From Amphiscolops sp. MND2022 (Eukaryota), in contig OZ076409.1 of the NCBI GenBank assembly GCA_964187785.1, positions 60,018,001 through 60,082,000 of the forward strand: 64,000 nt of DNA, given 5' to 3'. The position numbers were made by a program, and so were the translations under genes. Positions 24,501 through 36,749 of this stretch are shown one piece after another (the first letter of the stretch is position 1; each line of letters begins with the position of its first letter). Below the pieces are notes generated by a model that did no database searches, was not told the origin of the DNA, and worked only from the letters and a program-made list of their open reading frames with translations.

Positions 24501-25786
24501 AATATTGAAATATGAAGTGAAAATATTTCAATTTTGAATTTTTGTCACCGTTGAGTTCATTGAAAGAAAGTCGTTTCAGTATAAATTTAGACAAAGGAAA
24601 ACGCATTTGATGTCCTGATTCGCTTCTCAATGATAGTCGAACTGAATTTTCATTTAGATCTTCTTCAGCTTTGTTTTTTGTTTATTTATTCATTCATTTT
24701 CCACCATGTTTTGACAATTCAAGAAAAGTATTGTTTTTTCCTTGATGGTTTCACAGGAAAGTTACTTTGGAGTGTTGTTACTGGAAAACCATTACGTCAG
24801 AATTGCCGCGGGGTTTTTACTTGTTGACTGTTGCGTCATTACTGGAGGCGAAAACGGAATTCCATACGATTCTATACATGGCACCATATGATTATAAGTA
24901 CATGTATGAACCATGAAAACATGGTTGGTATGATTCCATCTATGGAACCACATGAAAGTGTTTATTATATATTTCATGTAAGGAGTTAGTTGGTGACATT
25001 ATGAATTCAGATCTGAGTTTTCTCATGACATTTCATCTAATTCATGTTTTTCTTGTAATTTCTGCAAACCATGGCATTTTCTATAGAATTGTTTATGAAA
25101 CAGCTACCTATGTTTGCCGGGAACTTTCTAGCACAATTTTCCAAAAGTGGGGTTGGGGTAGAAAATAGGAAAAAGTCCCGCCAAATACGTTGGAAACCAA
25201 TTGTGATTAAACAATTTTCATCAATGGTGAGATTTAACAAAATAGTCGGTCGTGAATAAAGTTTTGAAATGAAACGTTTTTAAACGAAAAGATCTAATTT
25301 TTTTTCAGCAAATAAAACTATTTCCACAAAGACTGCACAATAAATTGACATTATAATTTTAATTTATTGCTTGCAGCCGTTTTGGTAATATTGTCGTTTG
25401 CTGATTGAAAGTTTATATGTAAATTAGTCAATTAAAATACATCGTCAAACTTTCTCGTCAAACAATTTGCTTGAAACATTTCTATAAACTCCTGATTAGC
25501 AACGGTTGAAATAATTAGTTTTGCCATGCATTCTTGAGAAAAAATGCAAGCAAACAAAATTATTTTTCCAAAAAGCAGCAGCTACCAACAGCCCTCACAA
25601 AATCTAATTAGCGATAATTGTTAAAAGCGCCAGAAAGGTACCTTCAAGATCAATTTGCTCAAAATTGATGGACACTTTAGACGTTTTGGAGCTTTGGATT
25701 TGAGCAAAAAAATTCAATCGGGACTGTTCTTCTACGATTCACCGCTTAGAGGCAGTTTTGAGATTCAGCATAGTTGTTTATCAATA

Positions 25787-26698
25787 CCCTGGGTGAAGTT
25801 AAATGCAAATCTATAAAGATTCTTGCCAATTTCTTGCATTTGATGGCTATCTTGCAAGATTGGGGACCTAAATTCAAATCTTGCAAGATTTTTCAGTTGT
25901 ATACAATTCTTACAAGATATCTTACAAGATTCTTGAAAGAAAAACATTTTTTGCAAGATTTATGAAAAAAAATCTATATTTGAAAAATTCGAAGTTTGGG
26001 CGCGGCCATTTCATCATTTCATCATTTTTGCTTGTCATCATTTTCGGATAGCCAAAACATGGTAATCTTGCAAGCTTCTTGCAACTTGATGCCAGTCATG
26101 CAAGAATCTTGCAAGACAATGCAAATCTTGCAAGACAACAAATGAGTTATGATAACGTAGTCAACAGCTTCACCAATTGTCGAAAAAAATATTTTTCTCT
26201 TGTTTTTGCGTTTTTTTTTCCAAAAAATGTACGCCTATCATCAATTTAGGTTCGTTCGGCCTAATTTCAAAGTCTCCATCGTGTACATGATAGAGGGTCA
26301 TTTGTTTTCCAATGTACTACGTCAAAACTGAGTTTCAAATGTCGGTTTTTTATTGCAAAAATTAGGCTTTTAGGGCGCATTACTAAAATCACACTTCTAG
26401 AGTTTTATTTTTTCTAGAGTTTGCATTTTTGGGTCCTTCACAATTTAAGAAGTGAGACTCTGGCTGTATCTATCGTGGAGAGTGTCTTCATAAATCGGAT
26501 CCCTTAATTCCATGAAAACTTTTGATTTGAAAACTCAATTCTTTCAAGATTCTTTAAGAAAATGTATATCTTGCAAGATTATCATTGAAAAAATGTATAT
26601 CTTGAAAGATTCTTGCAAGATTTCTTCAAGCAAAATGCATTTTCTTTAAAAATAAAAATGGAAGAATCTTGCAAGACAAACATTTTTTTGAACTAGGG
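25787..26698. mobile_element. TA-flanked MITE with CCC...GGG ends and many TCTTGCAAGA palindromes
   Basis: TA|CCCTGGGTGAA ... TTGAACTAGGG|TA (imperfect TIR). TCTTGCAAGA and variants cluster in both subterminal regions. Confidence 0.65.
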
Positions 26699-26753
26699 TA
26701 CCCTTGTTGATACTGCTAGAATTTTTTCGTGCTACGTACATGCAAATACAGTA

Positions 26754-27326
26754 CCCGTACTGAGATTCCATTCAATCCTTTTTCCGATTGGCATCGATAG
26801 ACCATCGATGGCCATCGATGGGATTTCAATTACGGCCCAACGCGTTGTGGCTCCTTGGTAGCCTTTTAAAGATGCAAATTTCTAAATTTAGCCAACTGAC
26901 ATTCCTTTTTCAGCCTATCTAAGCTTTAGGCGCCTGATAATTACTCATTTCGATTTTTGCCTAGACATTGGTTCTTTTTGATTGGTTGCTGCTCAACTAG
27001 TAGCAGTGGTGACGTCCGAAAAAGTTTTCGCTAATTAAAGCAGCCAAAAATGTCAGTTCAGCTTTGAGATCCATCCAATTCAGGGCGAACGACGTGAAAA
27101 AGGACGTGAAAAACACCAGTTTTGGTTGAATCTATAGAATACGCCGAAGTTTTGAACATGGCCGTTTCGAACGAGTTTTTGTGATCAAAAAATTCCGATT
27201 TGCATTGATGGGATCATCCTTCACAGAAGCGAATCGATGCCCATTGATCGGCCTAATGATGGCCATCGATGGGCCCAATGGGTCTGCGATAGCCTGGGAT
27301 GAACTGTGATGGGATCCCAGTACGGG
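26754..27326. mobile_element. TA-flanked MITE (573 bp) with 18-bp TIR and CCATCGATGG palindromes
   Basis: TA|CCCGTACTGAGATTCCAT ... ATGGGATCCCAGTACGGG|TA (16/18 match). CCATCGATGG is repeated near both ends. Confidence 0.85.
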
Positions 27327-27355
27327 TAGCGCTCTGAAATATCGCAACCCCTGAT

Positions 27356-27822
27356 GCGGGACAAAACAGCCGATTTGAAAACGAGACAAAACAGCCGATT
27401 TTCAAAACGGAACAAAACAGCCGATTTTCAAAACGGGACAAAACAGCCGATTTTCAAAACGGAACAAAATGAGTGCTGTTACAGCCGATATGCATGGAAC
27501 TTGGTTTATTTGAAGAGGTTCATTTTTGTTGTATGGCTCGGTCGCTTCACTCCCTTCGCCAAGTAACAACATTGAGGCATGGCCATATGGCACGTCGCTC
27601 CGCTTCGCTTCGCTCCTGCATTTAGGGCACTAGGAGTATGTGAACATAGCTGACTACGTTATAATATTTGTTTTATTGACTGCTAATCTTAAGCATTGAC
27701 AAAATCGGCGATTTTTCTATTTACCACGGCGATTTTGTACTGTTTTAAAATCGGCTGTTTTGTCCTATTTTGAAAATCGGCTGTTTTGTCCCGTTTAAAA
27801 TCGGCTGTTTTGTCCCGCTCCC
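27356..27822. mobile_element. Foldback-like element with inverted tandem arrays of a 26-bp unit
   Basis: About four copies of GGGACAAAACAGCCGATTTTCAAAAC at 27358-27470 and three reverse-complement copies at 27742-27817. No TSD recognised. Confidence 0.8.
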
Positions 27823-28675
27823 ATGCAGATTGAGTTTTTTCAAAAGTTGCGGGGCTTAAGATCAAAAAGAACTTTTGTTACATCTTTTGTTACTTTGTGA
27901 CATCTTACAAAAATCCCAAACCTACTGAATTGCCCGGATTGACAACTTTCTAACCGAAAAAAAAAGTAGTTTTTTGTGTCCATAAGCATCGGCTGCCTGC
28001 TTGTAAAAATACAAGATTACAATGCAGCATCTACTGTTTCAATAAAACTGGAATTACTACTAATCAGTTATTCTGTCGATCACTTTGTCTCGCGACTTTT
28101 GCAACTCGAGTACTCAGCTTATGATAACATGATGATTACAATAGTCGATGATTACGCTACTTCGAAATCAATAATATAGCCATAGTTGCTTTGAATGATA
28201 AGGTCTCAGCTGCTTTGGAAAAGTAAGATGAAACATATTAAAACTTGCGAACGTCAAAGCTCCTAATTTCCGCCGAAAATTTGATGCGTTTGCCACCTAG
28301 ATGTAATTTGAGAGAAAATTTGAGAGGACATTTGAAATTCTGCCAGAGTTTCATGAAGTGAATTTCAATGTGCTCGACAATCCTACAATGCAGCTAGCTT
28401 CCAGCTACACGGTGCTATTCGGATGAGTAATTGAAAAATCCGTTGAGTGTGAAAGCAACGTGATCAAGTCGGTAACAAAGTTGGAAATATTTTCGATTTC
28501 AACTTCCAACAACAGAAACTGCAGTCTAATTCTATACGAATTACCGCCGGAAACTTAAAGAAATTCCTAAATTTTTTCGAAACAATTACCCTATATGCAA
28601 ACGGGCAGCATGTAAAGAGCGCGTGCAGTCTCCACTAGCAAAAACGGTGAATCCCGAAACAAAGTCATAACCAAT

Positions 28676-29363
28676 AACAAGCCGTGAACGGCATACGTTG
28701 GTGCACCGCCTAAGGTGCAAAAAGAGCAAAAGTACTTCAAAGCGCCAAAGATATTTTACGGAATAAATTCTCGCAGTTCCAAAAAAAACCAAATGTTCCA
28801 CTAAAAGGGCGTTTTTGCTTTTATTTTCACCAGAAATATCAAAAAAAAATCTGCTTCTTTTCCCATCCGAAATCTTGAAGCGGAATCAAGAACCTTTTTG
28901 GTAAATATTAAATTTCAGAAAAAGTCGTGCAGTACCGAAAAACTCCAAAGGGTGTATCCTTTGGGCTCAAAAACGCTTTTTGCTATCGAATAACATCAAA
29001 AACAAAGTGGGACCCTTTTGGGAGTTATTTTGAAAACGTCACACAGTGTGGAAAAACCCAAGGATAACCCTTTTGATTTAAAACGCTTTTTCCTATTAAA
29101 AAAGTCAAAAAACTAAAATGGTGGCTTCTTGAAAAAATGAACTCTTTTTGAAAAACGTCTCACATATCTGAAAAAAACTATGTGGAAATAGGAATGAGGC
29201 GACCCTTTTGACTAATTCTGATTTTTTTCCAGAATTTTGGATATTTTGGCATTCAGCATGAAATGGACACGTCGACCGGATTGAAAAACGGAAGACAAAT
29301 TAAAAACACGAGAAAAAGTTCCTATAACAATTGCGTTTTATTTCAGAAAGCGCCGACTAAAAA
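28676..29363 (-). mobile_element. Diverged family-1 HINE-like element
   Basis: Tail AACAAGCCGTGAACGGCATACGTTGGTGCACCGCCTAAGG and head GAAAGCGCCGACTAAAAA, with internal GACCCTTT/CAGTACCGAAAA repeats. Confidence 0.7.
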
Positions 29364-31693
29364 CATAGTTTGATTGAAAATCCACAACTGCTCACAACTG
29401 CACATTCAGTTCATGGAAAGTGTTTTAATTGTTTTTAAAGCCTTTCTATTAAATGACTCCCAGATAAGAAATTCATTCTTTCGATCGAAGTTCTTATGAG
29501 AGGAATTGTTTCCAGGCCCAAGTGCCTGATGTGCAAAACTAAAATTATGGCGGTTTATGACTAAATTTTCTGTTGAACGTCGTACTGTTTTTGTTTCAGT
29601 TCAGATACCGTTTGTCTTCTAAATCGATTGGGTGCATTCTTTTTATTCTCTGGAGTGTTCTTTCTTAGCAGTTTTCTTGCCAAAAATGCACGATTTGGTG
29701 CCAAGATGGAAACATCAGTTCATTGTTGTTGTCATTGAAATGTGGAAGAAGCCTGCCAGAAGATTGTTTCATTTTGGTACTTTTTTTCAGGTACTTTTCC
29801 GGTGTTGGTGGTGTATAACAATGAACAATCAATAAAAACAAAACTTCTTATTTTTTCATGGTTCCAGACCACACGGTAATCGGTGAAGCCTCAAATATAT
29901 AGATCTAGTTCCTAATCGAGAAAAGTTGAATGTTTCAGCTGTGCATGGTGAGATGAAGTCTTTAAATTTCATTTTTTTAAAAAAAAGTTTCTTTCAAACT
30001 TTTAATTTTCAAAATTCAACTAGTGTCACTTGATCAAAACTTTCTTCGAAAGACCCCATTTCGTTGATCGCTGAGCGCTTTGACCTTCACCTTAATTTTT
30101 GTTGCTTACTTTTTGCGTAGTTCTCTAACGCGTGTTTGTTAGGAGTTAAATACCATTCAATTACCTCTTATCGGGGTATTCCCTGATTCTCGCAATGACT
30201 TTGATGGCCCTTTTGTTCTACCCCGGGGCGCATTTAGGGAAAATTATCAACTGATTAGATTTGCAGAGTCATCGCCCAAGAAGTGTTTTTATCAGGGCTT
30301 TATATTAGATTTGCTTGAATGAAATTCTTAATTGAGCTGGAATCACTTAGAGCAACAGGTCTCATGATACTTAATTTCAGTCTAGAAAAATGTAGGTTTA
30401 CAAATTCTAATTCAATTTATTGTTCAAGTCAGAAAAATTTTGAAGATCTTCTAAACAAATTTTCATAAATCTAGAATTTTTGGTCGAAAAAATTGAAGTC
30501 CTGGTCAATTTCCTTCATAATAAACAGTTTCATGGAAACAGATAAATCGAAAGAAATAGAAACACATATTTGAGTTTCCAATTCTCCAATGAATCTCAGA
30601 TCAATAGTACCTTAGTTTTCAGCCGGCGTATTTTGTATCGAAATGTGACTCTTACAGTGATTCGTTATTTTCTCCCAACAACCATCCTCACATATTATGG
30701 TCCAGGAATTATGGAAGTTATTATATCACGACTCGAAAAGACACACCTTGCTTTTAAAAATGTTTCCAGGTAGGAAAAATCGTTTTCTGAACACAATAGA
30801 ACTGTTTCCGCGCCTTATTTTTCAGCGCAGTGAGATTTTTTGAGCATATCATAAAAAGGGCCGGCCTTTCAACACTCTTGAACAACTCTCTCTTTTTGAG
30901 CCTTACGAGGCGGCAACTTTAGTCTCAAAGCGTTCAATAAATCCATTTTGAAACTTTACTCAGCTTGAGTCTTAATTTGGTCGCATAATGTTAGTTAGTT
31001 GCCTCGGGAAAGGGGGTTTCATGCATTCTGTACTGATTTTGTTGTGCCTAACCACTGGACTGCCAATAATCAGTCGAAAGTGGATAGAATGAATATAAAC
31101 AAACACTCAATTTATCCGTTTTTAGCCAGCGGCTTGGACTCAAACAGAAAGTCTGTTCAAGTCGGTACTTAAAATAGAATCACGGGCTTGATTGTAGATT
31201 TTAGCCGGTCACAAAAATAATTTCCTTCAAAACTGACGTCAATAAATCAACTTCTGACATTCAGAAAGTTAAATTTTGTGCTCGCTGCTGTGCTTTCTAG
31301 CTGATATTTCATGTTCGTGTAATGTATATACAACATGTTTAGAAAATAATCATTCAGTCTTGAAGACTATAGACTAGGTTCACAATTGATTCAATTGATC
31401 AATTTTATCACGCTAAGAAAACCTTCTGAGATTGAAGCTAAGTGCTAGATAGAAAGTGTCTTGAAGATCAACCAGGCTTGGAAGCATGTTATGAATTTGA
31501 TTTTGATCATCGCCTTTTAGGTTAACTGAAGAATTTGATCGAAATCAAAATGTAATGCGCAATTTCCAGGCTAGGGGAGTTTTAGTCAGTTCTCATCTGG
31601 GGAAAAGTTTCACAGATACAACAAAATATGTTGCCAAAAAATTGAGACATGCAACAGAAAGCGTCTCAGCTATAACTTTAATCTAGAAATTTG

Positions 31694-31829
31694 GGATGTC
31701 TTTCACTATGTCCGACCCCCCCCCTATATAATTCGTTACACTATGTCCCCCCTAGAGAAAAAGAATGTTAGCGTTTCACTATGTCCCCCCTTTTTGCTGT
31801 AGGGGGGGGGGACATAGTGAAATAGATCC
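31694..31829. mobile_element. 136-bp MITE with GG...CC TIRs and 8-bp TSD (Merlin-like)
   Basis: GAAATTTG|GGATGTCTTTCACTATGTCC ... GGACATAGTGAAATAGATCC|GAAATTTG. Three internal direct copies of CACTATGTCC. Confidence 0.85.
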
Positions 31830-32791
31830 GAAATTTGTAGTGGAAAGTCTAATTAGATGGCATTTACTAACCAAACTACTTGAGGAAATGTTTTTTAATG
31901 CGTTTTCCGTAAGTTTTTGGTACTTTTAGTCCGAAATACATCAGCTTCGGACCACACATAGATGCAATATCTTCTGGCCTTATACCTTAAAAAGTCTCTG
32001 AACATCAGCATGGAAAGCATGATCCATATGGAAAACATGCATGTTATGACATGGCTGTAGTACAGGTATGGCACATAATTTCATTATATTGAAACATTTC
32101 ATGAATTGCATGCCAGGTCAACCCGACTGCACAGAATCAAAAATTCAATATACCTTTCAATGGATGCAGGAAATCTTTGTTGTCAATTTTCTAGCCATTC
32201 AAGGATAATAACAATTCATAGAGTGTTGTCTCGTAGAATCGAGTGCTTTCAAGTTACTTTTATATTTTTCCTCCGAACTGTCGGTGTGTCAAGGCCGTTT
32301 TGAAACAAAAAACTTGCAAAAAAGGTTCTCTCTAAAAATTCAAAAGTCAACGAGTTTTCATTAAGCCGCCGACATTTTTTTCTGAATTTGATCTATTAGA
32401 AAACGTCACCTACTCCCATTTCTGTCAAAGTGAGATGACATCTGTCGTCTAAGCAAGAGATCGAGTTTAATCTGAAAACCTTGAGAATGAAAATCAAAAT
32501 GCGAGTAATTTGAACCTTTTTTTGGTTGAAATTTCGGAACCCAAGGATTTTAAATAGCGAAAAACGAGCATTTTAGGGTTGTTCTCAAAATTTGCTTTGA
32601 ATTGTTTACATTTTTGCTTTTGCTTTTTGGGAAATTTTCAAAATTTGTTGATAGTCACTCTTATAATAAGATATTGAGCGTTTGCTTGCTAAGCAACACT
32701 TTTGAAAATTTTGAATACTTTATCAAAAGAAATTTTGTTGCAATTTGAAATTTGACACTGCTGGCTGTGTTCTTGGTAACAAATGATACAT

Positions 32792-33249
32792 AACAAGCCG
32801 GGACCGGCCCAAAAATAGCGAAAGGACTTCAAAATGTGAAAGAATTGGTGAATTTGGAGACTTTTATGAGAAAAATTTTGAAAAACGTCTCACAATGCCG
32901 AAAAAAAAACAGAAAGGGAGGACCTTTGGGATTTTTCAAAATCAATTCTGTTGCAAAACTCCAAAAAAATGAAGAGGGACCCTTTGGTGGAAAAAAAATT
33001 TGAAAAAAAGTCGCACAATGCCGAAAAAAAATCTTAAAGGGGACCCTTTGGTCTCGTCCGGTATTGTACGTTACGCGGGAAGCCTTTTTGGTTCAGTTCC
33101 TTGGGCCAACAGGTACAATTTGGCGTCTTCTCAAAATTTTGTAGAACTTTGGTAGAACTATTTTGGTCAGTTCAGGTGGTTTTTAAAAAAACACTGACGA
33201 AAAACAATGACTATAGTCGACTCTTTTCTTAAGAAAAGCGCCGAGTAAA
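32792..33249 (-). mobile_element. Family-1 HINE-like element (GCCGGGACCGGC-tail subfamily)
   Basis: Tail AACAAGCCGGGACCGGCCC, head AGTCGACTCTTTTCTTAAGAAAAGCGCCGAGTAAA, internal GGGACCCTTT/CACAATGCCGAAAA repeats. Confidence 0.75.
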
Positions 33250-33448
33250 GAAAGATATGTATTCTACAAAATTTTACATATGCTCCGTAACATAGGTCAC
33301 AACCACTGAGTACATCAAATGAAACTTGTTGTTGTAAAATTAACCAACAACCACTTCTATCTTAAGTTTGGGTAAATATGACATCTAAGGGTCGATGATG
33401 TGAGAGTGTTTCATCATCAGAATTTGTACCTTTGTTGATTCTGTTAGA

Positions 33449-33790
33449 TTTTTAGGAGTAAGAAAAAATTTTCGACTACTTATGCAATTGTGTCGTTTTT
33501 TTGTTTTTTTCTCCCGACCTTTCAATGAAAGTTTTAAATTTCTCAAAAACGGTCCGAAACGATTTTTATGAAATTTTGCACAGTCATTCTACACCCAAAG
33601 GGGCCCCTGCGTGCGCAAAGGCATCTAAATTGTATGGCTTGGATGTAAGAAACATAGCGGAATTTAGCCCAAAAATGGCCAAAAAAAAGCCATTTTTTTA
33701 ACTTTTTTTCAATTTTCTCAAAAACTGTCCAAACGATTCGAACAAAATTTTCTACAGTCATTTTCTACACCATAATATGGTCCTATATGC
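33449..33790 (+). mobile_element. Third dispersed repeat family (HINE-like head plus internal tandem subrepeat), 3'-truncated; second copy at the window end
   Basis: TTTTAGGA.T..GAAAAAATTTTCGACTACTTATGCAAT.GTG..GTTTT...TCTCCCGACCTTT matches 63891-64000. Internal repeat AATTT(T)CTCAAAAAC.GTCC.AACGATT...CAGTCATT occurs twice. Confidence 0.7.
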
Positions 33791-33806
33791 GGCTCTGGTT
33801 TAACTA

Positions 33807-34878
33807 CCCGGGTCGACCCTCCATGGATATCTTAGTAAGATCTTGGCAAGATCTTGCCAAGATCTTGGAAAAATCTTAGCTAAGATCGTGACAAGATATT
33901 GCCAAGAATTGCAAGATGCCATGGTAAGATCTTATCAAGAGAGCCATGTTTCCAAGAAAAATCTTACTAAGAAGCCCAATATGGCAAGAAAAATCTTACT
34001 AAGAAGCCCCAAAATGGCAAGAAAAATCTAACTAAGAAGCCGAATATGGCAAAAAAATTGCTACGAACTGCTCGATATCGAGAAAAAGTAGAATCAGAAA
34101 ACCATTAAATTAAGGGTTATGGAAAAATAATCTAGACATCACTCAAAACAAAATTACTGAATGATTTTTACAACCATATCAATATTGTTCTTTTAATTGC
34201 AAAACTGTCGCCAACAACGGCGTCAGAAAAGCCTTGAGCTGAATCATTACCCAAATTTGAGCAATGACCGCCGTTTCTAGCAGTAATAAGGCTGCTGAAA
34301 AAGGCTCAAAAAAGCTGGAAATATGATTTTTACAAAAATTTCAGGATTTTAAGGTCTTTCCTTTATAACTTTCCGATTGTGGGTCTGGACGTTTGAGAGC
34401 ATATTTCTCCGCCTCTGGAATCGACAGGAGTGATAAATTACAAGTTTTGGAAAGCCCTTGAAATGACCTTTCATTTGGTACATTCGCATTTCTCAGTCCT
34501 AAACAGGTGAGCAGTTACTAGGATTCACGTCAAAATTTTGGAAGCTAGACTACGTTATCGTAATTTTTCACGCATTTTTGCATGCAAAATTTTTTCAGCA
34601 GATTTTGGCATTTTGATTATGAAAACGAGTAGAAATAGTCGTTGTTGGGTGAAATGAGCCTTCAGATTGAGTCTCGGCTGCTTGTACCGAAGGTATAGTG
34701 TTTTTTTATAATCTTAAAATTTTGTCCATCGTGATAAGATACGATCTTGGAATAAGTATTATCTTAGTAAGATCTTAATAAGAATCTTGCCATGGGATCC
34801 ATGGCTGCCAAGATGTAGTAAGAATTTGGCAAGATCTTGCCAAGACAGCCAAGATGCTAGTAAGAGGGTCAACCCGGG
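33807..34878. mobile_element. TA-flanked MITE (~1.07 kb) with 15-bp TIR and subterminal TCTTGGCAAGA/TCTTAGTAAGA quasi-palindrome arrays
   Basis: AACTA|CCCGGGTCGACCCTC ... GAGGGTCAACCCGGG|TAGTT (14/15 match). Dense AAGATCTTG(G/C)CAAGA and TCTTA(C/G)TAAGA repeats at both ends. Confidence 0.85.
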
Positions 34879-36749
34879 TAGTTTCTGTGGGTTATTAAAT
34901 AATTTTATCATAATTTCTTAGAACTCTCTTTGCAATTGTTATGCACTGAAACTTCACTAATTCAATTGAATTTAATCAAGTTGACTAGATGATGCATTCT
35001 AACTTGGGTTGCAATTTGGAGTCACGAAGTCTCACGTTTTAATATGCAATAATTCTATTTTATTTGAAGCTGGGACCTTATCAATGTTACCGCCTTTTAT
35101 TGTAAGCCACCTGCAGTCACTATATAGATTTCAACGTTGCATCACATTCAGTTTTTGACTAACGGTGATACAAAATGAATATTCAATGAAAAGAAGTGTG
35201 AAGACAAATTGATCGAGATGGTAAAGAAGTGGAATAATTTTCAGTTTTGATTGAAATAGTGGAAGCTGCATTGAAATCCTTATAAAATTTTCAAGTTTTA
35301 CTTTCCGTGTAAAAAGTTCAAGCAATTTCAACCTATGAAAAAGTCACCGAAGCATTTGTTTTCAAAATTTGATCAAATTTTTTTTATTATGAAATCGAAA
35401 TCAAATTCAAGCTGTTCTCACAGCAGTTTCAAAATGAAGGCTCAGAGAACGAAATCAAAGGACTCCCGAGGGCAACCAAACACTTAATGCGTTAGAAAAA
35501 ATCACAAATTGAAAGCTGGCGAAAAAATTCAAAGAAATAACATTTTCCAAGTCTTGAAGATTGGTCGAAAACCACAGGTTTGTTGAATTTGATCCTTTCA
35601 TATGCTTTAACATAAAAATTGTTTCAATTGTGACTAGGTTATTTTAATATTTCAAGAACAAATGAAAACAAATGAGAAAAAAATGGCACTTCGTTTCCTG
35701 TTAGAAATAGAAACCATCAATTAATTAATTTCTGAAAGAATAAATTAAATTTTTCACTTTGCATTATTCGCATTCAACAAACTACTTTTAGTTCCATTCA
35801 ATAAATGAAGCAGTAATAAGTTTAGACAGTCCAGTTCAATTTTTTTGGTTTTCCACTCCAGATTCACGTCATTTTTTGCACTCGTCCTTTTTAGATACGT
35901 TTTACCAGAAAAAAATGAAATAATTTTGATTGGTGAAATTTTGAGTGATATCATTGACAGTTTTTTTTGAAGAAAATCTGTTTTAAAAAACTATTAATTT
36001 CGTTAATTATTTCGTATAATTTGCTTATGTAAGCAGAAATTTCTTGTATTTTTATTATTTTGTGCAATTGACAAATCGAAAATGTGAAACTCCAAATTTA
36101 TAATTGATTTGAATATTCTTTCACATAATTAAGGGCTGGAAAAATTAATAAGCACATGGCGTTTCATTACTCTTATCATAAATTCACAAATTTTTGATCA
36201 GACGAAAGTGAAAATTTTAATTGAAAAAAAACGTGTTAGAAAATAGTTTTGAGAAAGCAAGCAAACAGAAAATCGAATTCAGCAAATCGCTTAAAATGGA
36301 AACTGCTGAAAAATTAGTCAAATTAAAGCCAAGCTTGTTTGTCGTCCAAGAAATCGGTCCATAAAATCTCGAAAATCTTTTTTCTTCCTCTATGTCGAAA
36401 ATACGCAAAAGTGACCGTGGGCAATTGAAGTGTCTGTAGTTAAGGAATATTTACATACTAGTGGTCAGCAAAAACTCTGACCTAATGTAATTGTTACATT
36501 CAAATAAAGAAAAGGATTGCTTTCACAAAATACATCCCAACAATTTAGCTAATTCAAAATTGGGTCATTCGTGTGCTAATGACGTGGAGAAAATAGTTAA
36601 AATTGTTTGTAAGCGGTCAACATTCCAAAAACTAATTCACTTATTTTTTTCATCAAGCCATGTTGATCAAATTTTTGCAGTGCCGATCGAATGAGCTAGT
36701 AATGGTTTTATTTGAACCTCTCAACCAACAATTCTGACCAATCTGAAAG

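Noticed and set aside
27358..27470. Regular 26-bp repeats as a CRISPR array
   Set aside because: The units are contiguous with no unique spacers, are mirrored by an inverted array, and there are no cas genes; the context is eukaryotic.
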